Origin: Minisyncoccota bacterium
GTDB lineage: Bacteria; Patescibacteriota; Minisyncoccia; JAHISW01; Tagabacteraceae
Length of the DNA stretch: 64,000 nucleotides
Reading direction: 5' to 3'
NCBI GenBank assembly: GCA_028711505.1
Contig: JAQTSC010000003.1
Location: forward strand, 9,397 to 73,396
Shown: piece by piece, positions 55,935 through 64,000 of the stretch
Position numbering within the stretch: the first letter of the stretch is position 1
Layout of the letters: every line of letters starts with the position of its first letter
Translations under genes and position numbers: made by a program
Notes under the pieces: generated by a model
The model's database searches: none
What the model saw: only the letters and a program-made list of their open reading frames with translations
Told to the model about the DNA's origin: nothing

Positions 55935-56983
55935 AAAATCTTTTGTTTATAACTCAAAAGATGGATAAAAACGACGATTTGCTCGGGGTCTATCATGAAT
56001 GGATAAAACAGTTTGCCGGAGAATTTGATTTTGTAAGCGTAATTTGTCTGGAAAAAGGAGAATACGACCTGCTCCCAAACGTAAAAGTTTTTTCTCTTGG
56101 AAAAGAGAGCGGCCGTTCGCGGTTAAAATATATTGTTAATTTTTACAAATACATATGGTCGCTTCGCAATAATTACGACGCGGTTTTGGTTCATATGAAT
56201 AAGGAATATGTTATTTTAGGATGGAAATTTTGGCGGTTGTCCGGAAAGAAAATATTTTTGTGGCATAACCATGCCAAAGGCGGATTTTTTGTGCGTCTAG
56301 CGGTTGTTTTATCGGATAAAGTTTTTTATACGTCATCCGATTCTTTTACCGCGAGATTCAAAAAATCGCGAAAAATGCCTGCCGGGCTTGATACGGAAAA
56401 ATTTAAGCCTTCCGGTTTTGAACCTCACTCTTCGGGTTTTAAGATATTAAGCCTTGGAAGGATATCGCCGGTTAAAAAAACGGAGGTGCTAATTAAAGCG
56501 GCTGAAATTTTGGATAAAAGAGGCGGAGATTTTATTTTGGATATCGCAGGCTCCGCTCCTGAACGCGATGTGCTCTATTTTAATAAGATAAAAAAGGAAG
56601 CCGCCGTTCTTGAGCAGAAAGGGAAGCTGAAATTTTTAGGAAGCGTCAAAAACAGCGTTGCCTCTGATTTGTACGGGAATCATGATGTTTTTGTAAATCT
56701 TACTCCTGCGGGCAGTTTTGATAAAACCGTGATAGAAGCGGCGCTTTGCGGAACTTTGGTCTTGGCCTGCAATAAGGCGTTCGAGCCGCTTCTTACGGAA
56801 GAGTTTCTGTTTAAAGAAGGAGATTCCGCTGATTTGGCGGAAAAGCTTCAAAATGTTTTCGAGCTTATAAGAAGCAACCCCGGACGAGCTGAAAAAATAA
56901 AAAAACGTATGCGCGCCGGCGCGGCCGAAAATCACGGTTTGGATATTTTGATTAAAAAATTAATTGGAAATTTCAATGAATAA
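55916..56983 (+). CDS. Glycosyltransferase (GT-B, group 1)
   Basis: GT-B C-terminal pattern (FDKTVIEAALCGTLVLACN). Confidence 0.6.
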   Translation: MGKLPVKNLLFITQKMDKNDDLLGVYHEWIKQFAGEFDFVSVICLEKGEYDLLPNVKVFSLGKESGRSRLKYIVNFYKYIWSLRNNYDAVLVHMNKEYVILGWKFWRLSGKKIFLWHNHAKGGFFVRLAVVLSDKVFYTSSDSFTARFKKSRKMPAGLDTEKFKPSGFEPHSSGFKILSLGRISPVKKTEVLIKAAEILDKRGGDFILDIAGSAPERDVLYFNKIKKEAAVLEQKGKLKFLGSVKNSVASDLYGNHDVFVNLTPAGSFDKTVIEAALCGTLVLACNKAFEPLLTEEFLFKEGDSADLAEKLQNVFELIRSNPGRAEKIKKRMRAGAAENHGLDILIKKLIGNFNE

Positions 56984-57641
56984 ATTTGCAGATTTGATGA
57001 AAGAGACAATGAAAGGGAAATCTCTCTACAGAATTCTTTTCAATTGGAAAGTGTCCGAAATTTGCGTCGGGCAAACCGGCGTGTGTTTGGAGCTGGCTTC
57101 CGGTAAAAAACCGGCAAGTTATTACAGGTATTGGAAAATAAACTCCCAAGAGATTATCCGAGTTGATATAAATCCCGAGGCGAAACCGGACATAATTGCC
57201 GATTTGAACGAAACGCTGCCTTTTTCTGACGATTATGCCGATAATGTTTTTCTTTTTAATTCTCTTTATCTTTTAAATAAGCCGGAAGAATTTGTCGGAG
57301 AAGTTTTTAGAGTTTTAAAGAAAGGCGGCAGATTTTTTATTACCGCCGAATTTATAAAATCGGAAGAAACAAACGCCAATGATATCGGGAGATTTACTTC
57401 AAGGCGTCTTAGAAGAATTTTTAACGCAGCCGGTTTTTCAAAAATTGAGATAGTTCCGGTGGGCGAGAGATTTTCAGCCGTAGGCAATTTTTTTGATTTC
57501 ACTTTCGGGCACAGTGCCGTCGCCAATTTTTTTAAAATTTTCTTACGGCTATTTTTTCTCGCCTTAGACGTCCTTATGCCTAAAAAAGTTATGGTCAATT
57601 ATCCCTGTCCTATCTCGTGGATAGTTATCGGAGAAAAATAG
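56964..57641 (+). CDS. Class I SAM-dependent methyltransferase
   Basis: LELASGKKP (motif I-like) and VLKKGGRFFI (motif post II). Confidence 0.55.
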   Translation: MEISMNKFADLMKETMKGKSLYRILFNWKVSEICVGQTGVCLELASGKKPASYYRYWKINSQEIIRVDINPEAKPDIIADLNETLPFSDDYADNVFLFNSLYLLNKPEEFVGEVFRVLKKGGRFFITAEFIKSEETNANDIGRFTSRRLRRIFNAAGFSKIEIVPVGERFSAVGNFFDFTFGHSAVANFFKIFLRLFFLALDVLMPKKVMVNYPCPISWIVIGEK

Positions 57642-57650
57642 CTTAGTCCG

Positions 57651-57678
57651 AAAACCCGTTGAAAAAACGGGTTTTTTA
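57651..57678 (+). terminator. Hairpin terminator/attenuator inside glycan cluster
   Basis: aaacccgttgaaaaaacgggttt followed by ttttat. Confidence 0.45.
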
Positions 57679-57695
57679 TCGTATATTTAAAAAAA

Positions 57696-58489
57696 TGCTT
57701 AAAGAGCGCACAAAGGATTTTTTTTATTTTTTCTTGAACGTTTTGGCGCGTTTTGCCGTCTTTTTTGTCCGTTCTCCTCGCGCGAGTATTTTGATGTACC
57801 ATTCTATTTCCGATAACGGGGTCTTTTTTACGGTTAAGCCGAAAGATTTTGAAAAACAAACCGAGTATCTGAAAAGCTTCGGCTTTAAAATTATTTCTTT
57901 GGCAGAGATGGTTGAAGCGATAAAAAGCCGAAACTTAAAGGACAAAAGCGTTGTTTTAACTTTCGACGACGGATATAAGGATAATTATAAAAACGCCTGG
58001 CCTGTTCTTAAAAAATACGGGTTTCCGGCGGTTATTTTTTTGGCAAGCGATTTTACGGGAAAAAATTTCACCGTCTCATCCGGACAGCAACTCGAAATTC
58101 TTAATGAAGAAGAGATAAAAGAAATGGCCGAGTTTGGGCTTGTAGAATTCGGGTCGCATACGCGCACGCATCCCCGGCTTGAAAAAATATCAGACGAAGA
58201 ATTTGAAAAAGAAATCCGCGAGTCAAAAGAAGCTTTGGAAAAAATAACAGGCAAAAGATGCAGGTTTTTCTCATATCCTAAGGGATATTTCAGGCCGGCC
58301 TTCGGGGAGATTTTAAAAAGGAACGGATTTGAAGCGGCGGTTTCCGTAAAAGAAGGGCTTGTAAGAAGCGAAGACAATTTATTTTTACTCAGAAGAAATT
58401 TTGTTTATTCGGCCGGCGGTTTTTGCCAGTTTGTCGGCAAATTGGGATACAGCGTACCGATTTACAATTTTTTTAAAAAATTTTTTTGA
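57696..58489 (+). CDS. Polysaccharide deacetylase (NodB homology domain)
   Basis: VVLTFDDGYKDNY (TFDDG motif) and HTRTHPRL His motif; start set at ATG 57696 (tracked TTG 57659 lies inside hairpin). Confidence 0.75.
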
Positions 58490-58490
58490 C

Positions 58491-59927
58491 ATGAAAGTTG
58501 TTTTGGCTGTTGTTCCGCGGGCAAGCGGTGAAATAGAAAGAGGAGGACTTCCTTTTTTGGGCGTGGGGTACGTGGCTTCAAGCCTTCTTCTTGACGGCCA
58601 TGACGTAAAAATTCTTGACGCTCACACCTTGAGGCTTACTCCGGAAGAGACAGTGCAAAAAATTCTAGAAATGAATCCCGATGTTTTGGGGTTAAGCGGA
58701 AATACGCACAATAGATTTACCGCAATAGAAGTTATTAAATTGGCAAAGAAACAAAAGCCTAACTTGAAAGTTGTTGTCGGAGGCCCTCACTTCGGTCTTA
58801 CGGGGAAAGACGCCTTAAAGACGGTTTCTGAGATTGATTTTGTGGTAAAAGGCGAAGGCGAGCTTACTGCGCGGGAGCTTCTAAAAAGCGGCTTTAAGGA
58901 AGAAAAATTCCCGGGTATTTTGGGGATCGTCTACCGCGACAAAAACAGAAATATTATTGAAAATTCCGACAGGCCATTTGTTCAGAATTTGGACGATCTG
59001 CCGATGCCGGCTTGGCACCTTTTCGATCTTTCCCGATACAAAGGAACTCCCATAGAAAAGACGGGGATGAAAACAATCGGCATTGTGAGTTCGCGCGGAT
59101 GCCCGAACCAGTGCATTTTTTGTTCGGCGCGCGCCTTTCATCGCGGAACGCTTCGTGTGAGAAGCCCGAAAAATTTCGTTGACGAAATTGAATATCTCCA
59201 AAAAAATTACGGCTATGGAGCTTTCAATTTTTGGGACGACACTTTTTCCATGATACCTTCGCGCGCCGCGGAAATTTGCGAAGAAATTTTACGGCGGAAA
59301 CTTAAAATTTCCTGGTACACTCCGTGCCGCGTGAATACGGTGGACAAAAAACTTTTGGCTTTGATGAAAAAAGCCGGATGCGTGCGCGTCAATTTCGGAA
59401 TAGAATCCGGAAGCCCGAAAATTCTGAAAGTGATGAAAAAAGGCATAACCATGGAACAGGCTCGCGCGGCGATAAAAGCCGCGGTTGAGGTCGGGCTGGA
59501 TATAACTCTGAACTTTTTGGTTGTTTATCCTTATGAGACTTGGGAAGACATAAAAATGACTTCTGCCGCCATAAAGGAATTCCGTCAGCTAAAAAACGTA
59601 AAACCGTCTTACAGCTTTATAATAATTTATCCCGGAACGGAGCTTGAAGAAATAGCGAAAAAAGAGAAAGTAATGCCTGAAAATTTTTCATGGAATTCTC
59701 CTTACAAAAACACGAAAAGAATTGCCGCGGGCGAGGACGAGTCGGTACCTTATTTTGAATGGCCCGGCCTTCCTTTTGAAGCAGTAAAGGCTTTTATGAC
59801 GAAAGATCTTTTGGAAAAAAGGGATATTTTTAAAAGATTTTTGAAGAAAGCGGAAAGGGTGCGCAATTTTGACGATGTAAAAGCTATTTTCAAAGTCGGA
59901 ATCGCCTATTTAAAAACAACAAAATAA
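58491..59927 (+). CDS. B12-binding radical SAM enzyme (second paralog)
   Basis: MKVVLAVVP...DVKILDAH B12-binding fold; CPNQCIFCSA radical SAM cysteine triad; start at ATG 58491. Confidence 0.75.
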   Translation: MKVVLAVVPRASGEIERGGLPFLGVGYVASSLLLDGHDVKILDAHTLRLTPEETVQKILEMNPDVLGLSGNTHNRFTAIEVIKLAKKQKPNLKVVVGGPHFGLTGKDALKTVSEIDFVVKGEGELTARELLKSGFKEEKFPGILGIVYRDKNRNIIENSDRPFVQNLDDLPMPAWHLFDLSRYKGTPIEKTGMKTIGIVSSRGCPNQCIFCSARAFHRGTLRVRSPKNFVDEIEYLQKNYGYGAFNFWDDTFSMIPSRAAEICEEILRRKLKISWYTPCRVNTVDKKLLALMKKAGCVRVNFGIESGSPKILKVMKKGITMEQARAAIKAAVEVGLDITLNFLVVYPYETWEDIKMTSAAIKEFRQLKNVKPSYSFIIIYPGTELEEIAKKEKVMPENFSWNSPYKNTKRIAAGEDESVPYFEWPGLPFEAVKAFMTKDLLEKRDIFKRFLKKAERVRNFDDVKAIFKVGIAYLKTTK

Positions 59928-59928
59928 A

Positions 59929-61773
59929 ATGTGTGGTATTAGCGGATTCAATTTTAACGACAGGGTACTCTTGAAGAAAATGAATATGGCAGTGGCTCAT
60001 CGGGGCCCTGACAAGGAAGGCGTTTGGAATAACGCGGATTTTTCTTTGGGCCATCGCAGACTTTCAATAATTGATTTGTCTGAAAAAGGAGTACAGCCGA
60101 TGTTTAATGAAAATAAGACCGTCGCGATGGTTTTTAACGGGGAGATTTATAATTACCGCGAACTGAGAGAAGAATTGGAGCGGAAAGGGCACAGGTTTTT
60201 TTCAAACACAGACTCGGAAGCGATAATACATCTATACGAGGAAAAGGGAGAAAGATGCCTCGAACATCTTGATGGCATTTTTTCTTTCGGGATTTATGAT
60301 TTGGAAAAGAAGATTTTTTTCGCCAGCCGCGACCCAATGGGCATAAAACCTTTTTATTATTTTTGCGGCGGAGGAAAATTCATTTTTTCATCCGAAATAA
60401 AAGCGATATTGGAACATCCCGTAAACCGGGAAATCGACAAAAGGGCGTTAAGCTCTTATTTCCATTTGTTTTATCCTTTGGCTCCTCTCACTATCTATAA
60501 AGATATTTTTAAACTCCCGGCCGGGCATTTTTTGATTTACAAAGACGGAGATGTTCGTATTGAGAGATACTGGAAGCCTTCAAATAAAGGGAAGATAACC
60601 GACAAAAATGAAATCAAAAAAATATTGTTTGATTTGACCGAAAAAGCGGTTGAAAAACAAATGATTTCCGACAGGCCGTTGGGTGTTTTTTTAAGCGGGG
60701 GAATAGATTCAACCGCGGTCGCGGCTTTGGCTAAAAAATTCAGCTCCGGAAAATTAAAGACTTTTTCGGTTGGTTTTGAATCTCAAGAAGAAAAAGAAAA
60801 ATATAATTTTGATTTTGAAATGGCAAGACGCGTCAGCCGGGATTTCGGAACCGAGCATCATGAAATTATGATTTCGGGAAAAGACGCTTTGTCCGCGCTG
60901 GAGAAAGTTTCTTGGCATATGGATGAGCCGATTTCAAATCATACGCAGTCTATTACGTATTTGCTTTCGGAAATCGCAAAAAAAGAAGTCGCCGTAGTTT
61001 TGGGCGGCGATGGCGGAGATGAAATTTTTGCCGGATATCCCCGGTATAGATTGAATCTTTTTTTGGACAAATATCAAAAAATTCCAGTTTTTTTGCGCAA
61101 ACAGATTTTAAATAAAATTATAAGCCGCGTTAAAAATCCGGATTTAGCGAGAAAAATTGAGAAGCTGCCTGGAGTGGACAGATACATGCTTTTTATGTCG
61201 CAAAAGGACGAATTTTTAAAACAAGCGATAAAAAGCGAATGGCTGGAGGACAAATGGCATTTTGATAAATTTGAAAAAGATTATTCGCGGCTTTCCGAGT
61301 TTTCTTCTGGAGAAACGCTTATGCTTATGGATTTGGAAAATTGGCTTCCGGAAGAATCTCTTATGCGTACCGATAAAACCACCATGGCATGGGGTCTTGA
61401 AGAAAGAGTTCCTCTGCTTGACAGGCATCTTGTTGAGTTCAGTTTTAAAATTCCGGATTATTACAAAATAAATCGTTCCGGCGGAAAAAAGATTTTTATA
61501 GAAGCGATGGGAAGTCTTTTGCCGGACTACGTGGTTAACGCGCCTAAAAGAGGATGGTTTTCGCCGATGGCCAAATGGCTCAGAAGCGATCTCAAAGAAT
61601 TCGCTTATGAAGTTTTGTCTCCCGGGTATTGTTCCGGCGGGGAAGAGTTTCTTGATTTTGAAGCGGTTAGAAAAATTTTAGACGATCATATTTCTAAAAG
61701 AAAATATAACCTTGCGCTTATCTGGTCCCTGATCACTTTTCAAATGTGGCGCAGGAATTTTATGCGCAAATAA
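59929..61773 (+). CDS. Asparagine synthetase B-type glutamine amidotransferase (WbpS-like)
   Basis: N-terminal MCGISGF Ntn-nucleophile Cys, SGGIDSTAVAAL PP-loop. Confidence 0.85.
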   Translation: MCGISGFNFNDRVLLKKMNMAVAHRGPDKEGVWNNADFSLGHRRLSIIDLSEKGVQPMFNENKTVAMVFNGEIYNYRELREELERKGHRFFSNTDSEAIIHLYEEKGERCLEHLDGIFSFGIYDLEKKIFFASRDPMGIKPFYYFCGGGKFIFSSEIKAILEHPVNREIDKRALSSYFHLFYPLAPLTIYKDIFKLPAGHFLIYKDGDVRIERYWKPSNKGKITDKNEIKKILFDLTEKAVEKQMISDRPLGVFLSGGIDSTAVAALAKKFSSGKLKTFSVGFESQEEKEKYNFDFEMARRVSRDFGTEHHEIMISGKDALSALEKVSWHMDEPISNHTQSITYLLSEIAKKEVAVVLGGDGGDEIFAGYPRYRLNLFLDKYQKIPVFLRKQILNKIISRVKNPDLARKIEKLPGVDRYMLFMSQKDEFLKQAIKSEWLEDKWHFDKFEKDYSRLSEFSSGETLMLMDLENWLPEESLMRTDKTTMAWGLEERVPLLDRHLVEFSFKIPDYYKINRSGGKKIFIEAMGSLLPDYVVNAPKRGWFSPMAKWLRSDLKEFAYEVLSPGYCSGGEEFLDFEAVRKILDDHISKRKYNLALIWSLITFQMWRRNFMRK

Positions 61774-61774
61774 A

Positions 61775-63490
61775 ATGAATAATAGAAAAATAAAAATTTT
61801 GCTTATATCAATTCTTGCCTTCGCTTTTTTCTTGAGAATAAGCGGCATGTTTTTCGGTTTGCTTTCGGGTGATGTTTATGGCGATGAGATAGGGAATACT
61901 ATTGCCGCTTTCAAAATAATGGAAGCAAAAAGCCCCGTTTTCGTTTTTGGCATGAAGAATTACCTGCCGCCTCTTTTCAGCTATCTTCTGGTCCCGGCGT
62001 ACGGCCTTATTGGAATTTTTGGAATGATTTTCCATGTTTTCGCGAGCATCGCCGATTTTAAGGAATTCGTGATTTTATACAAAGAATGGTTTTTGGCGCC
62101 AAGCAGGATTTTGTCTGCAATTTTCGGTATGGGAACGGTTTATTTGGTTTATCTTTTTGCCAGAAAACTTTTTGATGAAAAAATAGCGCTTTTTTCGGCA
62201 TTTCTTTTGGCTGTGGATTTTCTTCATTTGCATGAATCTCAGATTGGGCACATTTGGTCGCCGATAACTTTTTTTACCGTTTTTTGCGCCTACAGTTTTT
62301 TTAATCTTTATCTCACGGGAGAAAGGAAATGGTATTTTTTTTCCGCCGCGGCTTTGGGATTGGGTTATGCCATAGGGCAGCTCCCGATAATATTTTATCC
62401 ATTTTTCGTTTTAGCTCATTATTTTTACGTCAAAAAAATACGAGAAAAATTTTTAAATAAGAAATTTATTGAAGCCAACATTTGGTTGATTGCATTGCTT
62501 TTCGTATTCACGCTTTTGAATTTCTATACGATTTACAAGCATTTTTACGATGTGATATTGGCTGTTTTAGAGATTGTCGGTTTGGGCGATTTTGCCGTAT
62601 CAATATTTCCGCGGACCATTCCCGGCATCGCGCACAGTTTTTCGCTTGTCGGCAATTGGGTTTATGCGGCTAAGACTTTATTTTACGATTCGCCCGTGTT
62701 TTTTACGGCGGCGTTTTTTGGCGGATTCTTTCTTCTTAAAAAAAATAAATTTAGCGCGCAAAATGTTTTTCTTCTGTTTTTTCCTGTTTATAATCTCATT
62801 GTCTTCTCTTTTTTGTTCTATAATTTTACATACAGGTATGTTTTGCCGCTTGTTCCTTTTATCGCCATTATCGTTTCTTTTTTCGTCTTTTACGCATCCG
62901 ACAATCTTTTTGCCGGAACCAAGAAAGCGTTTGCGTTGCCATTGTTGATGCTTGCGGTATCTTCTTATTCCATGGCGGCCAGCCTGCCATATTCTTTTTT
63001 GCTGACTAAACCTTACACGGTAGATGAAGCGGTTGTCTGGGTTTATGAAAATGTGCCCTCGGGAAATCGCGTGGTTTCCGACGTGTACCTGAATAGCAAC
63101 AGAGAAAGTTTGGAATTTTTGAAAGAATACAATCAATTTAATTGGCTTGATACAAGAAAAAATTATCTTCTCGGCTTGAATGATGCGGAATATCCCCGGC
63201 CGAATTATTTTTTAATTGATACGAATCTAACTGATGTTTTTTCGCTGCCTCAAAAAGAGAAGCGCGCTGATTATGCCCTGGTCTTCTTTTACGAGGAAAA
63301 AGACAAAAAAGAAAAAATAAAAATAGTCGAGACTTTCGGAAAGAGCGAACTTGCGGCGTTTTTTTATCCGAAAGAAGGAGGAGAATTTACAAAAAGTCTG
63401 CTCAACATAAGACCGCATTTTTTCCTCAAAAATATTTTGGAAACGCGGCAAATAGGTCCGAATGTTGAAATCTACAAATTCTTAAAATAA
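61775..63490 (+). CDS. Polytopic membrane glycosyltransferase, ArnT/PMT-like (GT39/GT83)
   Basis: 571 aa, more than 10 TM helices, N-terminal periplasmic-loop Asp/Glu motif (GDVYGDEIGN), overall GT-C-like topology. Confidence 0.5.
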   Translation: MNNRKIKILLISILAFAFFLRISGMFFGLLSGDVYGDEIGNTIAAFKIMEAKSPVFVFGMKNYLPPLFSYLLVPAYGLIGIFGMIFHVFASIADFKEFVILYKEWFLAPSRILSAIFGMGTVYLVYLFARKLFDEKIALFSAFLLAVDFLHLHESQIGHIWSPITFFTVFCAYSFFNLYLTGERKWYFFSAAALGLGYAIGQLPIIFYPFFVLAHYFYVKKIREKFLNKKFIEANIWLIALLFVFTLLNFYTIYKHFYDVILAVLEIVGLGDFAVSIFPRTIPGIAHSFSLVGNWVYAAKTLFYDSPVFFTAAFFGGFFLLKKNKFSAQNVFLLFFPVYNLIVFSFLFYNFTYRYVLPLVPFIAIIVSFFVFYASDNLFAGTKKAFALPLLMLAVSSYSMAASLPYSFLLTKPYTVDEAVVWVYENVPSGNRVVSDVYLNSNRESLEFLKEYNQFNWLDTRKNYLLGLNDAEYPRPNYFLIDTNLTDVFSLPQKEKRADYALVFFYEEKDKKEKIKIVETFGKSELAAFFYPKEGGEFTKSLLNIRPHFFLKNILETRQIGPNVEIYKFLK

Positions 63491-63493
63491 TTT

Positions 63494-64000
63494 ATGTCGG
63501 AAGAAAAAACTATCAAAAATAATGAAATTTCCGGTTCGGCTGTCAAAGACGTGTATTGGGGAGAGTTTTCCGAAGAACTTCTTGATAAAATAATCGGATG
63601 TTATCAATCGGGCCGGTTTGATGATGCGGATGATATTATAAAATCTTTGGATCGGGAAGATTTTATTTTCGGGCTTGGCAGAAGCGATTTTCTTTTTTAT
63701 CTTCCTCTTGGCAAGACAAGCAAAGTTTTAGACGTGGGGTGCGGGCTTGGCGTTCATTCGTTTAACGCGGCTAAAATTGCCGGAGAAGTATACGGCTGCG
63801 ATCTTTCAAAAAAAAGAGTTGATTTTTGTAATTTGAGAAAACAGCGCGAAGAAGTTAAAAATATCAGTTTTTTGCATTCGGATATTGAAAATTTGCCGTT
63901 TGAGTCTGAAACTTTCGATGCAGTAATACTTAACGGAGTCGTTGAATGGCTAGGAGAAAAAAATAAAAATAAAAATCCTCGCGATGACCAGATTGAAGAT
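63494..64000 (+). CDS. Class I SAM-dependent methyltransferase (3' end outside window)
   Basis: ATG 63494; VLDVGCGLGVHSF motif I and DAVILNGVVEWL motif; no stop before window end. Confidence 0.55.
   Translation, partial: MSEEKTIKNNEISGSAVKDVYWGEFSEELLDKIIGCYQSGRFDDADDIIKSLDREDFIFGLGRSDFLFYLPLGKTSKVLDVGCGLGVHSFNAAKIAGEVYGCDLSKKRVDFCNLRKQREEVKNISFLHSDIENLPFESETFDAVILNGVVEWLGEKNKNKNPRDDQIED

Noticed and set aside
57659-57695. TTG start for the polysaccharide deacetylase
   Set aside because: The TTG lies inside the terminator/attenuator hairpin. ATG 57696 gives a sensible N-terminus.
1-64000. Search for CRISPR arrays, rRNA genes or long tandem repeats
   Set aside because: No regularly spaced direct repeats, no rRNA-like conserved blocks and no long tandem repeats were seen anywhere in the window.

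Overview
This is a 64 kb, gene-dense bacterial window with low GC (about 40%) and most genes on the + strand. Short proteins, GGAGG ribosome-binding sites, a ribosomal cluster with no rplA after rplK, and an abundance of aminoacyl-tRNA synthetases, glycosyltransferases, lamin-tail-domain proteins and TraG/VirD4-like proteins point to a Candidate Phyla Radiation (Patescibacteria/Parcubacteria-like) genome. That assignment is an inference from gene content, not something computed.

The window reads, in order:
- A PHP-domain DNA-repair pair (an EndoQ-like nuclease and a PolX-like protein with no palm domain).
- tmRNA (ssrA) with smpB on the minus strand.
- A ribosomal cluster in the unusual order secE, nusG, rpmI, rplT, infC, rplK.
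- A pyrimidine-nucleotide island: a divergent ThyA-fold protein, a HIT protein, a dCMP-deaminase fusion and a cytidylyltransferase-like protein.
- Five aminoacyl-tRNA synthetases (argS, ileS, glyQS, metG, leuS).
- recO, an M16 peptidase, tatD, two tRNA-Thr, prfB, ftsEX and a PurN-like formyltransferase.
- A short unknown segment with a GC-rich palindromic element, a small GIY-YIG nuclease and tRNA-Gln, followed by a lower-GC islet of small membrane proteins and a NUDIX hydrolase.
- An SPFH protein, an AlkD-like protein, typA, a second NUDIX hydrolase, ddl, tRNA-Ala, efp and a sigma/anti-sigma-like pair.
- A sigma70-region-4 protein, a membrane protein, a TraG/VirD4-like ATPase with a C-terminal zinc ribbon, and a surface protein with two lamin tail domains.
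- A roughly 14 kb surface-glycan cluster running to the window end: GT4 glycosyltransferases, two B12-binding radical SAM enzymes, AsnB, methyltransferases, a deacetylase and an ArnT/PMT-like membrane glycosyltransferase.

The most unusual observations are two synthetases with inserted phosphohydrolase domains. IleRS carries a complete histidine-phosphatase (PGAM-like) domain, and LeuRS carries a complete NUDIX domain.

No CRISPR array or rRNA was seen. Coordinates of RNA genes and hairpins were counted by eye and may be off by 1-2 nt.
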